Shown: positions 18,063-28,473, counted from the first letter of the stretch. The stretch: DNA of 43,597 bases from a virus (IMGVR_UViG_2711768020_000006), one strand, 5' to 3'. Made by a program: numbers and translations. Notes: generated by a model not told the origin, from the letters alone.

Positions 18063-18183
18063 CGGTCAGTGGCGGGGGTCGAACCCGCATACATGATCCA
18101 CCCGGAGGCAGGCACCGACTTTACCAGTTAAGCGTACACTGACCGCCTGTTTATTTTATATTCATCCTTTATGCGGAGGCAAT

Positions 18184-18657
18184 ATGTCATCCATTGATGC
18201 AGCTGTCGTTGTTGACGTTACGCGTCTCCAGCGAGTGTTTGCCCGGCTTCAGTTTGTGGGCGGCGGAAAAGACCTGGCCCGCAGTGTGGCGGCGAGTCTT
18301 CTGTCATCGTCAGAAATGGCGTTTGAGCAGGAAAAAGAGCCGGATGGTGAACGCTGGCATGACTGGTCAGATCCTTACCGTGAGTGGCGTACCCGTAAGG
18401 GATACACGCCCGGCAAAATCCTGACGCTGAACGGCGATCTGGCCCGCCGCCTGACCACGGATTATGGCGATACCTGGGCGCTGATTGGATCAAATGAACC
18501 TTATGCAGCCATTCATCAGTGGGGTGGCCTGCCTGGTATGCCACCGGGACCGGCGGCCATTGGCGCACGTCCGTATATGGGCTTTGATCAGGTGGCAGAA
18601 CAGGAGATCATGGACGAAATCAGAAAACGCTTTAAAAAGGCCACAGAAACGCCGTAA
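18184..18657 (+). CDS. Virion morphogenesis protein (Mu G-like)
   Basis: 157 aa, position after the MuF-like gene; resembles the Mu G family (from memory). Confidence 0.6.
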   Translation: MSSIDAAVVVDVTRLQRVFARLQFVGGGKDLARSVAASLLSSSEMAFEQEKEPDGERWHDWSDPYREWRTRKGYTPGKILTLNGDLARRLTTDYGDTWALIGSNEPYAAIHQWGGLPGMPPGPAAIGARPYMGFDQVAEQEIMDEIRKRFKKATETP

Positions 18658-18834
18658 TGGTTTAAGGTATGCAAACGTATTACCTTACCCCCTTCAGGCG
18701 CGTGTCGTGATTTTCTAACCTGTATTTAACGGGCTTTAAAATCTGCGTGAAGCGCCTTTCTCATTCCCCCCCTGTCAGCACTTTCTGAAGTCCCGCAAAA
18801 CCAGCCCCAAAAATACCCGGCTTATGCTGCCGGT

Positions 18835-19968
18835 ATGAAGACAGAAAATCACCCAAAAGACGCAAATCGCCCCTCCGGTTTAGCCGTGCTTTCAGCTTCG
18901 CTGACTGCATCCGGCGACGGATGGTGTCAGTTACTGCCAGCCGGTCGGGTAAAGGCCCGTGACGGTCGCCCGGAAAAACCGACTGAAGGCTGGCTGATTA
19001 ACGAATCCGCCTGTAACCGGATGAAAGCCGGGCTTTCCGCCCTGCATCAGCCGTTACTGATTGATTATGACCATCACTCCGTGAATGCGCAGAAAAACGG
19101 ATTCAAGGCTATTGCTGCAGGATGGGTTAAGCCGGAAAACATCGAATGGCGTGAGGGTCAGGGGATTTTCATTAAACCTGAATGGACACCACAGGCACAA
19201 AAACATATTGATGACCGTGAATATGCCTATCTGTCTGCATATATGCATTATTTCGCTGACACCGGGGAACCCTACCTGTTGCGCATGGCTTCCCTGACGA
19301 ATGATCCGGGTATTACGGGTATGAACCCTGTCGCGGCACTCAGTGCTGATGATCTCTATGTCGTTTCCCCTTCTCAGGAGCAATCCCCCATGAATGAGCA
19401 ATTACGCCAGTTGCTGACGGCGCTCGGTCTGACCGTGGCTGACGGTGACGAATTTACACCGGAACTGGGCACGGCGGCGCTGTCTGCCCTTACCGGGATC
19501 AAAACCCGTGCGGATGCGCACGACACCCTGAAAACGCAGGTTGCCAGCCTGTCGGCAGAACTGGAAACCGCAAAAGGCACACCAACTGGCGGCACTATTG
19601 ATCTGACGAAATATGTGCCCGTTGAGACGTATAACGCCCTGCGTACCGAATATGCCGCGCTGTCGGCACAACACGGCAGCACCACGCTGGAGCAGTTGCT
19701 GGATAAGGCCGAGTCCGAAGGACGCATTTTCAAAAGCGAACGCGGATACATGGAAGGACTCGGACAACAGATTGGCGTCGCGGCACTTTCTGCACAGCTT
19801 GACGCCCGCCAGCCGGTTGCGGCTCTGACCACTCTTCAGACCGACACCGTAACCGTGCCGGATAAAAAGACCGCCACCGCTGTGCTGTCGGCTGAAGATA
19901 TCGCCGCCGCACGTCTGTTGGGTAAAACCGAAGCCGAGTTCCTGAAAATGAAAGAGGAAATGCAATAA
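18835..19968 (+). CDS. Head protease/scaffold protein (Mu I-like)
   Basis: 377 aa immediately upstream of the major head gene; Ala/Thr-rich helical C-terminal half; start uncertain. Confidence 0.65.
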   Translation: MKTENHPKDANRPSGLAVLSASLTASGDGWCQLLPAGRVKARDGRPEKPTEGWLINESACNRMKAGLSALHQPLLIDYDHHSVNAQKNGFKAIAAGWVKPENIEWREGQGIFIKPEWTPQAQKHIDDREYAYLSAYMHYFADTGEPYLLRMASLTNDPGITGMNPVAALSADDLYVVSPSQEQSPMNEQLRQLLTALGLTVADGDEFTPELGTAALSALTGIKTRADAHDTLKTQVASLSAELETAKGTPTGGTIDLTKYVPVETYNALRTEYAALSAQHGSTTLEQLLDKAESEGRIFKSERGYMEGLGQQIGVAALSAQLDARQPVAALTTLQTDTVTVPDKKTATAVLSAEDIAAARLLGKTEAEFLKMKEEMQ

Positions 19969-20915
19969 TGCCTACCCCGATTACACCGGCGATGATCACC
20001 GCCCTGATGACGGGCTACCGTTCTGATTTTCAGGCCGGGATGTCCATGGCTCCGTCGCAGTACCAGAAAATTGCGATGACCGTGCCGTCCACCTCGAAAT
20101 CCAACACCTACGGCTGGCTGGGGCAGTTCCCGCAGTTCCGTGAGTGGATCGGCTCCCGCGTCATCGAGAAGATGAAAGCCTATGGCTACGCCATCGTGAA
20201 CAAAACCTTTGAAGGCACCGTTGCCATTAGCCGCGATGACTTTGAAGACGACAATCTCGGCATCTACTCCCCGTTATTCCAGGAAATGGGTCGTGCCGCT
20301 GCGGCACAACCGGATGAACTGGTCTTTGCTGCACTGCGTGATGGTCTGAATGCGGCCTGCTATGACGGCCAGAACTTCTTTGATACCGAACACCCTGTTT
20401 ACCCCAAAGTGGATGGCTCCGGTGATGCACAGATGGTCAGCAATATGTTTGTGGCAAAAACCGGCTCTGTCGGTGCACAGGCGGATTACAGCGGCCCGGC
20501 CTGGTATCTGCTTGACTGCTCCCGCGCGGTAAAACCGCTGATTTATCAGGATCGCCGCAAAGCCGAACTGGTTGCCCAGACAAAAGTCGATGAAGGCCGT
20601 GCGTTTACTGATAACGAGTTTGTGTTCGGTGCTTCCGCCCGTCGCAATGTGGGCTACGGCTTCTGGCAGATGGCCTACATGATGCAGTCACCGCTGACGC
20701 TGGATGCGCTGTGGCACGGCTGGTCAGCCATGCGTGACTTTAAGGCTGACGGTGGCCGCAAACTCGGCATCAAACCCACCCATATTGTTGTCCCCACCTC
20801 GCTGGAAAAACAGGCGGTGCAGCTGCTGGAGCGCGAGCTGTTCGCAGACGGTAACGCCACAGTCTCTAACGAGATGAAGGGCAAGCTGGAGCTGGTTGTC
20901 GCGGATTATCTGTAA
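19968..20915 (+). CDS. Major head (capsid) protein (Mu T-like)
   Basis: 315 aa, position, and a stable hairpin just downstream (20926-20951). Confidence 0.75.
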   Translation: MPTPITPAMITALMTGYRSDFQAGMSMAPSQYQKIAMTVPSTSKSNTYGWLGQFPQFREWIGSRVIEKMKAYGYAIVNKTFEGTVAISRDDFEDDNLGIYSPLFQEMGRAAAAQPDELVFAALRDGLNAACYDGQNFFDTEHPVYPKVDGSGDAQMVSNMFVAKTGSVGAQADYSGPAWYLLDCSRAVKPLIYQDRRKAELVAQTKVDEGRAFTDNEFVFGASARRNVGYGFWQMAYMMQSPLTLDALWHGWSAMRDFKADGGRKLGIKPTHIVVPTSLEKQAVQLLERELFADGNATVSNEMKGKLELVVADYL

Positions 20916-20958
20916 ACGGTGAGCCGGGCTTACGGCCCGGCCCCTGCGGAGGGCAAAT

Positions 20959-21318
20959 ATGAATGAACATCACACTGTGGCAGCAACAGATGATTCAGGC
21001 CTTCAGGTCAGTGGTGACAGTCCTGTCACGGTACTGGCAGAAGTGCGTTGCAGTCGTACGCATTTTCGTCGTGCGGGGTTCCTGTTCATGCGGGGACGCC
21101 AGCAGGTTGACGTCACCCCGGAGCAGCTTGCCCGACTGGAAGCGGAGCCATGCCTCACTGTACGAATACTACAGACGCCTGGTGATGATGCGGGAGCCGT
21201 GGCGGGTGTGGTTCATGCAGAGACCGGTGCAGATTTAGCCGAAGCCGAAACCGTACAGGATGCTCCCCGGAAAAAGACCGGCAATAACGCCAGACAGGCG
21301 AAAAAGGCGCGCGCATGA
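20959..21318 (+). CDS. Hypothetical head-associated protein (Mu gp35 position)
   Basis: ORF in Mu synteny. Confidence 0.4.
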   Translation: MNEHHTVAATDDSGLQVSGDSPVTVLAEVRCSRTHFRRAGFLFMRGRQQVDVTPEQLARLEAEPCLTVRILQTPGDDAGAVAGVVHAETGADLAEAETVQDAPRKKTGNNARQAKKARA

Positions 21319-21734
21319 ATTACGCCACCGAAACCGATATGCGGGCACGTTACCGCGAGGATTTGCTCAGGCCATTACTGGCCGTGCCCCGTTCGGATGA
21401 ACCGGACACGCGCAAGCTGAACCGGGCACTGACGGACGCGTCTGCCCTTATCGACAGCTATCTGTCTTCCCGTTACACGCTGCCGCTGGCGGTGGTTCCG
21501 GCGGTCCTTGTTCAGCATTGCTGCACGATTGCCTTTTATTACCTGTGCGATCAGCGGGCATCCGATCAGGCGCGTGACCGTTACCGTGAGGCGCTGGCCT
21601 GGCTGAAAGATGTCATGAACGGTAACGTGCCGGTCGGCGTGGATACAGACGGTGCGGCCCCTGAATCCGGGGATTTACCGCAGGTGCAGTCTGATGCGGC
21701 GGTGTTCGGGCGCAACCAGAAGGGCTTTATATGA
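21315..21734 (+). CDS. Head-tail connector-type protein (Mu gp36 position)
   Basis: ORF, translationally coupled. Confidence 0.45.
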   Translation: MNYATETDMRARYREDLLRPLLAVPRSDEPDTRKLNRALTDASALIDSYLSSRYTLPLAVVPAVLVQHCCTIAFYYLCDQRASDQARDRYREALAWLKDVMNGNVPVGVDTDGAAPESGDLPQVQSDAAVFGRNQKGFI

Positions 21735-22294
21735 TTACGGAAACCGAGCAGGCGTACATCGCCCGTATCCGTGAGTATTTCGGGAATGAACTGGTGTCTG
21801 TTGACACACATCCCGGCGACTGGAGCGACAGCGTACTGCGCACCATGCTGATTAACGCCCCGGCTATCTATGTTGCCTGGCTGGGTGCCGGTGAAGGGCG
21901 TACCCGTGGGCGTCTGGTCAGTCACTGGGTGTTCTACGTCATCGGCGACATGCTCAATGGCCGTGAGGTCAGCCGTCCCGGGCTTTATCAGATTGTGGCC
22001 CGCCTGATTACCGTGCTGGACGGCTTCAGAGCAGAAAAAACCTCACCGCTTTACTTTGAAAAGGCGGTCAACGGTTACACCGAAACGCAGGCAGGCAGCG
22101 GTGCCGTGATGTACGCCCTGTATTTCTCATGCGAGGAAATGATCGACCCGCTGACGGATATCAGCTCGCTGGATGATTTCCTGCGCCATTACGAAACCTT
22201 TACCGAACCGGAAGGCACGCCGGAATTTAAGGCACACATCCGTCTGCCTGGTGCAACTGCCGCCGGTGAAAACGCCGGACTGTCAGAGGAATAA
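21731..22294 (+). CDS. Head/tail completion protein (Mu gp37 position)
   Basis: ORF, translationally coupled. Confidence 0.45.
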   Translation: MITETEQAYIARIREYFGNELVSVDTHPGDWSDSVLRTMLINAPAIYVAWLGAGEGRTRGRLVSHWVFYVIGDMLNGREVSRPGLYQIVARLITVLDGFRAEKTSPLYFEKAVNGYTETQAGSGAVMYALYFSCEEMIDPLTDISSLDDFLRHYETFTEPEGTPEFKAHIRLPGATAAGENAGLSEE

Positions 22295-22297
22295 CAG

Positions 22298-22576
22298 ATG
22301 ACAACCATTTTTATTAAACCTGCGCCGGGATGCCTGATCCGCGATCCCGACACGATGACTCCGCTCTCTCAGGACGGGGAAGAGAAACCCTTCACTCCGT
22401 TCTGGTGCCGCCGTCTTAATGATGGCGACGTCATTGTGGTGGATAAAACGGCGGAGCCTGCCCCGGCTGCCACAACTGCTAATACCGGCGCGGCGGCAAA
22501 ACCAGCGGGAGCGGTAGCAGAAAAAACTGCGGCGGTGGCTGAAAAAACCGCAGCATCAGATAAGGGGACGTCCTGA
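22298..22576 (+). CDS. Hypothetical protein (Mu gp38 position)
   Basis: ORF with an Ala-rich repetitive C-terminus. Confidence 0.4.
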   Translation: MTTIFIKPAPGCLIRDPDTMTPLSQDGEEKPFTPFWCRRLNDGDVIVVDKTAEPAPAATTANTGAAAKPAGAVAEKTAAVAEKTAASDKGTS

Positions 22577-24078
22577 TGATTAACTTTGATTATATCGGCG
22601 ATAACAATCGCATTCCGCTGGTACAGATTGAAATCAATAATTCAATGGCCGTGACCGGCACTCCACCACAGCGTCAGGCGGTACTGTTGTTTGGTCAGGC
22701 TGCAATGAAAGACACTACCATTCAGGGGCGCGGTCAGCTTGATGTACCAGTACGTATTACCCGAGCTTCACAAGCAAGAGAACTCTGGGGGCGAGGTTCC
22801 ATGATTGCACTGATGGTAGAGGAATTTATCGCCATTAACCCTGACACAGAGTTATATGCCATTGCACAGGGGGCTGGAACAGGTCAGTCCAGGGCATGCG
22901 TGATGAATATCATTGGAACAGCATTGGCAGACGGGGTGTTAAGTGTTTACATCGGCGGTCGCCGTTACCTCCTGCCCGTCAGTAAGGGGAAAAAAGGTAA
23001 AGAGCTTGTGGAAGAGCTGGCTAAGGTCATTAACGCTGACACTGATGCGCCATTCACTGCTATCGCAGCTGAAGTCAGTGGTGATAATGCTGAAGGACTT
23101 AAAGGCAGCATGGGGGTTAACGCCCGCTTTATCGGTGAATGCTCAGCTCATGATTTACGGGTGAACTATTATGACGGTGAAACTACACCGGCCGGTCTTA
23201 CGCTGGAGCTCGTCGCGCCAACACAGAAGGCAACAAACCCCGATATCACCCGTAGCGTCTCAGGGATGGGGAATCGTCAGTACAACTACATCGTCATGCC
23301 CTATAAGGATGCGGCAAATCTCAAAATTCTGGCGGATGAACTGCTGAAACGCTGGGGACCGGTAAAAATGTCGGACGGTATGGTCTGGATGGCGCATACC
23401 GGCACCTTCGGTACGGCAACCAGTTTTGGTGAATCCCGTAATGACTTCCTGTTTACCTGCACTTCTATTCCTAAAGCACCAGAGCCGGATTATGTCTGGG
23501 CTGCCTCCATTTGTGCGGTCTGTGCGCCCTCCCTGTCAACGGATCCGGCCCGACCATTACAGACACTGGCGCTGCCTGCCCGTATGGCACCTGAAGCACC
23601 GGATCGTCTGACGCGGGAAGAGCGAAACAGCCTGCTTTATACCGGCATGTCCACGGTGACCGTCGCGGCCGCGGATGTGGTGCAGATTGAACGTCAGGTG
23701 ACGATGTACCGTCAGAATGCATACGGCGAAATCGATCCCAGCTATCTGGATGTGGAAACCATCTACACCCTGTCATATCTGCGTTATTCCCTGCGCACCT
23801 TTATCACGCAGCGTTTTCCGCGCCATAAACTGGCTGATGACGGGACGCCCGTTCGTGCCGGTCAGAATATCGTGACACCGGAGATCATGAAACTTCAGTT
23901 AATTTCGCTGGGGGAAGAATGGGTGGATCTGGGACTGGTCGAAAATCTGGACACCTTTAAAAAGAATCTGCTCGTGGAGCGCAACACAAAAGACCGTAAC
24001 CGTCTGGATGTGATGTGTACACCGGATCTGGTTAACCAGTTCCGCTTCATGGCCGCGCAGATCCGTTTCATTTTGTGA
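22576..24078 (+). CDS. Tail sheath protein (Mu L-like)
   Basis: 500 aa, directly upstream of a ~120-aa tube-sized gene. Confidence 0.7.
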   Translation: MINFDYIGDNNRIPLVQIEINNSMAVTGTPPQRQAVLLFGQAAMKDTTIQGRGQLDVPVRITRASQARELWGRGSMIALMVEEFIAINPDTELYAIAQGAGTGQSRACVMNIIGTALADGVLSVYIGGRRYLLPVSKGKKGKELVEELAKVINADTDAPFTAIAAEVSGDNAEGLKGSMGVNARFIGECSAHDLRVNYYDGETTPAGLTLELVAPTQKATNPDITRSVSGMGNRQYNYIVMPYKDAANLKILADELLKRWGPVKMSDGMVWMAHTGTFGTATSFGESRNDFLFTCTSIPKAPEPDYVWAASICAVCAPSLSTDPARPLQTLALPARMAPEAPDRLTREERNSLLYTGMSTVTVAAADVVQIERQVTMYRQNAYGEIDPSYLDVETIYTLSYLRYSLRTFITQRFPRHKLADDGTPVRAGQNIVTPEIMKLQLISLGEEWVDLGLVENLDTFKKNLLVERNTKDRNRLDVMCTPDLVNQFRFMAAQIRFIL

Positions 24079-24086
24079 GGTAAGGC

Positions 24087-24452
24087 ATGAGCGGAAAACA
24101 GTATCAGGGCACGGCCACCATCCGTGTGAACGGGCAGGAGTACGACACCCTTGAGGGGGCCACGTTCTCCCCGTCCGGCTTTGAGCGTGAAGTGGTGAAA
24201 GGCGCGAAAGTTTACGGCTATCGCGAGAAACCCCGTGAGGCGACGCTGGACTGTAAATTCCCGGCGGGCGGAGAAGGTTCACCGGCTGCCGATGAAATCA
24301 ACACCTGGACTGCGGTCACGATTGAGTTCGTGGCCGATACCGGTGAAGTCCACATGATGACGAAGGCCTGGAGCAGTGAACCGGCCTCGCTTGACGGTGG
24401 TGGTGATATCTCCGCGAAGTTCGCCAGCGCCACCAGTACCCGTGTCCAGTAA
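24087..24452 (+). CDS. Tail tube protein (Mu M-like)
   Basis: 121 aa after the sheath gene. Confidence 0.6.
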   Translation: MSGKQYQGTATIRVNGQEYDTLEGATFSPSGFEREVVKGAKVYGYREKPREATLDCKFPAGGEGSPAADEINTWTAVTIEFVADTGEVHMMTKAWSSEPASLDGGGDISAKFASATSTRVQ

Positions 24453-24466
24453 TCAGGAAAAATGTA

Positions 24467-24943
24467 ATGAGCACACGTAAGAAAAAAACGGCGGTTTCTG
24501 ACGAGGCCGTGATGGAGGCTATCCGGGATGCACTTGAAGACGGCGATCCCCGCACCGCCGGGCTGGCTGAACAACTGGCGAACGGCTATGTGGATCTGCT
24601 CGACGGTCTGCCGTTCGGGGAATCCCGTGAATACCGCGTCACCTTCCGCGAACTGACGGCAAAAGACAGCATTGATGCGGAGAGCGAGGCCGAGCGTCTT
24701 ATGGAAACCCGAAACGGTCCGGTTCTTGTGGCCTCACCGGCACTGCGCGGCATTGCGCTGCTGCGCCGTCAGATTGCCGCTGTCGGCCAGATTGAGGGGC
24801 CATTGTCTCCGCGTCAGATAGGACAGCTCAGCGAGCGCGATCTCTCCCGACTGATGGCGGCAGTAAGCCTGCTTGATTCCGCGATGGCCGGAAAGCTGGT
24901 CGCTGAACGGGGGCGACCAGATGCAGTGCCGGGATCAGATTGA
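24467..24943 (+). CDS. Tail assembly chaperone candidate (between tube and tape measure)
   Basis: Position; acidic helical protein. Confidence 0.45.
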   Translation: MSTRKKKTAVSDEAVMEAIRDALEDGDPRTAGLAEQLANGYVDLLDGLPFGESREYRVTFRELTAKDSIDAESEAERLMETRNGPVLVASPALRGIALLRRQIAAVGQIEGPLSPRQIGQLSERDLSRLMAAVSLLDSAMAGKLVAERGRPDAVPGSD

Positions 24944-25070
24944 AGAAGCCGCAATTGTGCTGGGGATGGTGACAAAAAGCGGCCCGGAGTGGGCGCTTAA
25001 CCTCCCCTTATCGCAGCTTTACCGGCACTGCCGACAGACCGAAAAAATTCTCAGAACGAAGCAGTAACCC

Positions 25071-27128
25071 ATGGCAAAAAACCTGAAAGCCTCCCTGATT
25101 GTCGATTTACTCGGCAATATTTCTGCCAAATCCCGCCAGTGGTCACAGGAGCTGGGGGCATTCTCCCGTTCCGGCAGGACGGGGCTGGGTGGTCTTGGAA
25201 ATGCAGCACGTCGTGCCGGTCAGGAGACAGAACTTGTCGGCTCCCGTATGCAGCGAACGCTTGCCGGTGTTCGTGGCAGTATCCGCACGGTGACGTCAGA
25301 TTTTGACCGCCTTCAGGGCAGCATTACCGGCACCATCGGGCGGATAAGCAACCTTTACGGGATGCTGGCGGGAGGGGCTGCGGTCTACGGGTTTAATAAA
25401 GCCTTTATCCGCCCGGCCGCAGAGATGGAGAACTATATTCTGCGTCTCAACGCCATTAATCATGGCGATACGGCAAAAACGGAAGCAGTGAAAGCCTGGG
25501 CGGTACAGAACGCCAAAGACACCACCTGGGGGCTGGCGGGGGTTATGCAGGAATACGCCTCCAGTCGCGGGTTCGGTATGAGTGACAGGGAAGCCCGTCG
25601 CTTTATTACCATGCTTCAGGATCAGGGCGGCTATCACGGCTGGTCACTGTCAGATGCACAGGGTGCGTCCCTGCAACTCAAACAGATGTTTGCCCGCCAG
25701 AGTATCCAGGCAGCGGACGCCAATATTCTGACCGGATACGGGATTAACGTTTACCAGTTGCTGGCCGATAAGCTGGGTGTAAACCAGAAGATCATCCGTG
25801 AGAAAGGCGAGAAAGGAAAACTGGGACCGGACAGCATTCGCCTGTTATTTCAGGTGATGGCCGAACAGGCAAAAGGTGCCCAGAAAAACGCCATGAATTC
25901 CTGGACGGGAATGACGTCCATGATGGGCGATGTCTGGGACGGATTTGCCCGCGAGGTGATGGCAAAGGGACCGTTTGACAGCCTGAAAAAGAGCCTGAAA
26001 GGCTTTCTGGATTATGCTGATGCGGCACAGAAAAGCGGCTTACAGGATAAGCTGGCCACACAGACGGCCTCAGCCCTGAATCAGGGATTTGAGTATGCCA
26101 GAGACGCTGCGACCGGCTTTTACCGGGTCATTCAGAAAGTCAGGGAAACGCTTCAGGCACTGCGCGACGCCGGTTATGGCGATGCGCTGGATCGCATTGG
26201 TCAGGGTGCGCAGACCGCCGCAAAGTACCTGATGTATATGTATCTCGCCTCCCGTGCGCTGAAGGTGCTCAGGTTTGCGGGGACGGGGGCATTACGTCTC
26301 GGCGCAACCCCCTTACGCTATGGCATGGCGATGACCTCCGTGCTGACGTCGCCCTTCCGCAAACCGCAGACCACTGTACCGGGAACGCAGCCCGGACGCG
26401 CTGGCCGGTTCCTGAATTTCCTTACCGGGGTAAATCCGGCTGCCGTTCAGCCCGTGCTGGTCACCAATTGGCCTGCGGGTGGCCTGGCCTCAGGTGGCGG
26501 GGATGTGGTGGTCAGCGGTGACGGCAAAACCGTGCGCGGCCGTAAAAAACGCGGCCCCGGACGTGGACGGGGTGTCACGACCGTCGTGACTGCCGGTGAG
26601 CAACTGGCGGAGAGTGCCGGTAAACAGGGCTTCTTCGGTCGTATGATGAGCCGTGCCGGTGGTCTGCTAACGGCGGCCGGAAACCGCATGGGGCTGGGGC
26701 GTTTTGCCGGGCTGTTCCGTGGTGCCGGTCGGCTGGGTGGTGGTGCCCTGTGGGCCGGTGCCATGGCGGCTCCTGTACTGCTGGACAGCAGCGCCAGTGC
26801 AGCCGATAAAGCCGGTGCCGTGGGTTCCCTTGCCGGAAGTATCGCCGGTGGCGCGCTGGGGGCGGCTGCCGGTCCGGTCGGGGTTGCCATTGGTTCCACG
26901 GTGGGCAGCTATCTCGGTGATTATCTGGGGGGCTGGCTGACGCAGGCCTGGCAGAAACTGCGTGGCGGCAGTGACGAAAACGGCGGACAGGCCACCGCGA
27001 AAACCGCCGCACGGGTGGAGCTTGTTGCCCCTGAAGGCTGGCGGGCGCGCAGTATTGATGTGGATGATACCGCACAGCATGGCCTGGATGTGAACGTCTG
27101 GAACGGAGGGAACTATGGCCTCTACTGA
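25071..27128 (+). CDS. Tail tape measure protein
   Basis: 685 aa, Gly/Ala-rich with a predicted helical N-terminus and Gly-rich C-terminus; position. Confidence 0.75.
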   Translation: MAKNLKASLIVDLLGNISAKSRQWSQELGAFSRSGRTGLGGLGNAARRAGQETELVGSRMQRTLAGVRGSIRTVTSDFDRLQGSITGTIGRISNLYGMLAGGAAVYGFNKAFIRPAAEMENYILRLNAINHGDTAKTEAVKAWAVQNAKDTTWGLAGVMQEYASSRGFGMSDREARRFITMLQDQGGYHGWSLSDAQGASLQLKQMFARQSIQAADANILTGYGINVYQLLADKLGVNQKIIREKGEKGKLGPDSIRLLFQVMAEQAKGAQKNAMNSWTGMTSMMGDVWDGFAREVMAKGPFDSLKKSLKGFLDYADAAQKSGLQDKLATQTASALNQGFEYARDAATGFYRVIQKVRETLQALRDAGYGDALDRIGQGAQTAAKYLMYMYLASRALKVLRFAGTGALRLGATPLRYGMAMTSVLTSPFRKPQTTVPGTQPGRAGRFLNFLTGVNPAAVQPVLVTNWPAGGLASGGGDVVVSGDGKTVRGRKKRGPGRGRGVTTVVTAGEQLAESAGKQGFFGRMMSRAGGLLTAAGNRMGLGRFAGLFRGAGRLGGGALWAGAMAAPVLLDSSASAADKAGAVGSLAGSIAGGALGAAAGPVGVAIGSTVGSYLGDYLGGWLTQAWQKLRGGSDENGGQATAKTAARVELVAPEGWRARSIDVDDTAQHGLDVNVWNGGNYGLY

Positions 27129-28473
27129 CACGCCGGGGCGTGGCTCCTTTCGTGGCGTACCGTTCCTGGTTTATCAGGAGCAGCGGGAACGGGGCGGACG
27201 TAACATTGTGCGCCGTGAATACCCACTGCGTGAAAGCGGCGGTGCGGATGATCTGGGGCCAAAACTCCCGGAGTTCACATTCACGGTTCTGGTGACCGGA
27301 GACGATCTTCAGACACAGCGAAGCCGCCTGCGTGATGCGCTGCGTGCACCCGGTGCCGGTGAACTGATGCACCCGGATTACGGCACGTTAAACGTGCTGA
27401 TAAACAGCTTTGAAAGCCGTTATAACGCCAGCGAGCAGGGAACGGTTGAGTTCACGATCAACGTGATCCCCGCCAGTGACGATACCGCCCCTGCGGTGGC
27501 AGAAGATACGGCAGCTGCGCTGGAGCAGAAAAGCGGCTCAGCAATGAATCAGCTGTTTAACACGCTTTCAGACGGCTGGACGGTGATTTCAGACGGTCTG
27601 CATGATGTACAGGCCATGACCGACACCATCAGCGATAAGATTGATGCACTGGAGAATGCCGTTTCGGGGATGGGGATTGTGCAGGATATCAGTGCCTTTA
27701 CGGCCAGTTTTACTGCCCTGAAAGGCAATGCCGCCGCCCTGATTAATGCGCCCCGTCGCATGGCTGAATCGCTGGCCGGAATGTTTGCCGTGCTGACCGG
27801 GCTGCCCGGCGATCCTTCCCTGTCTCTGACCGGAAAAGCCGGAACGCCGTCCGGCAGCCTGACCACAAACCGTGACAGCATGGCAGAGCAGGCCATGCCG
27901 CAGCTGTACCGCACACTTTCCTCCCTGCGTTACACCCTCAGCGAACAGGATGATCCACAGCGCCTGATTGGCCTGACGCCTGCGGCACAGAAAAATATCC
28001 GTCTGCTGCGGAGCGTGATGCAGAGTGCAACCCTGGTGTCGCAGGCACAGACGCTCGGAAAACTGCTGGATCAGGTCATCCGGCAGAATACGACGCACGT
28101 TCAGGATACTGACCGTTCGGGCGGACTGGCCTGGCTGGAAAGTTCTGCTGATGTGCAGCGTATCAACCGGGATTTGAGCGATGCCATGGAACAACAGGTG
28201 CTGGATCTGTCCGCACAGGGCTATACCGGGACTGCCCTTGCATTACGTGATGCAGGGCTTGCGCTGACAGAAGATTTAACCACACGGAGCGTGCATCTTC
28301 CCGGTGCTTTTCAGGTCATGGTTCGCACCACCGAACCGGCACTGGTCACGCTGTACCGTGCCACCGGCAACAGCAGTCGCTGGCAGTATTTTGTCCGCAG
28401 AAACAATATCCCCGATCCGGTTTTTGTTCCGGGTGGCCGCAGCGTGGAGGTGATCAGTGAGCAGCAGGATTGA
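27115..28473 (+). CDS. Mu P-like DNA circularisation protein
   Basis: 452 aa in Mu synteny after the tape measure. Confidence 0.6.
   Translation: MASTDTPGRGSFRGVPFLVYQEQRERGGRNIVRREYPLRESGGADDLGPKLPEFTFTVLVTGDDLQTQRSRLRDALRAPGAGELMHPDYGTLNVLINSFESRYNASEQGTVEFTINVIPASDDTAPAVAEDTAAALEQKSGSAMNQLFNTLSDGWTVISDGLHDVQAMTDTISDKIDALENAVSGMGIVQDISAFTASFTALKGNAAALINAPRRMAESLAGMFAVLTGLPGDPSLSLTGKAGTPSGSLTTNRDSMAEQAMPQLYRTLSSLRYTLSEQDDPQRLIGLTPAAQKNIRLLRSVMQSATLVSQAQTLGKLLDQVIRQNTTHVQDTDRSGGLAWLESSADVQRINRDLSDAMEQQVLDLSAQGYTGTALALRDAGLALTEDLTTRSVHLPGAFQVMVRTTEPALVTLYRATGNSSRWQYFVRRNNIPDPVFVPGGRSVEVISEQQD

Noticed and set aside
18064-18145. Possible tRNA gene
   Set aside because: Acceptor and T-arm-like pairings exist but no D-arm and anticodon-arm fold could be made and the length is off; kept only as a low-interest structured element.
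18658-18834. Anti-CRISPR cassette between the G-like and I-like genes, as in Pseudomonas Mu-like phages
   Set aside because: The gap contains no credible ORF (longest about 13 codons).
26447-27372. Long reverse-strand and alternative-frame ORFs rich in Pro/Arg/Ala inside the tape measure gene
   Set aside because: Typical artefact of a GC-rich repetitive coding region; the forward frame encodes a coherent tape measure protein.
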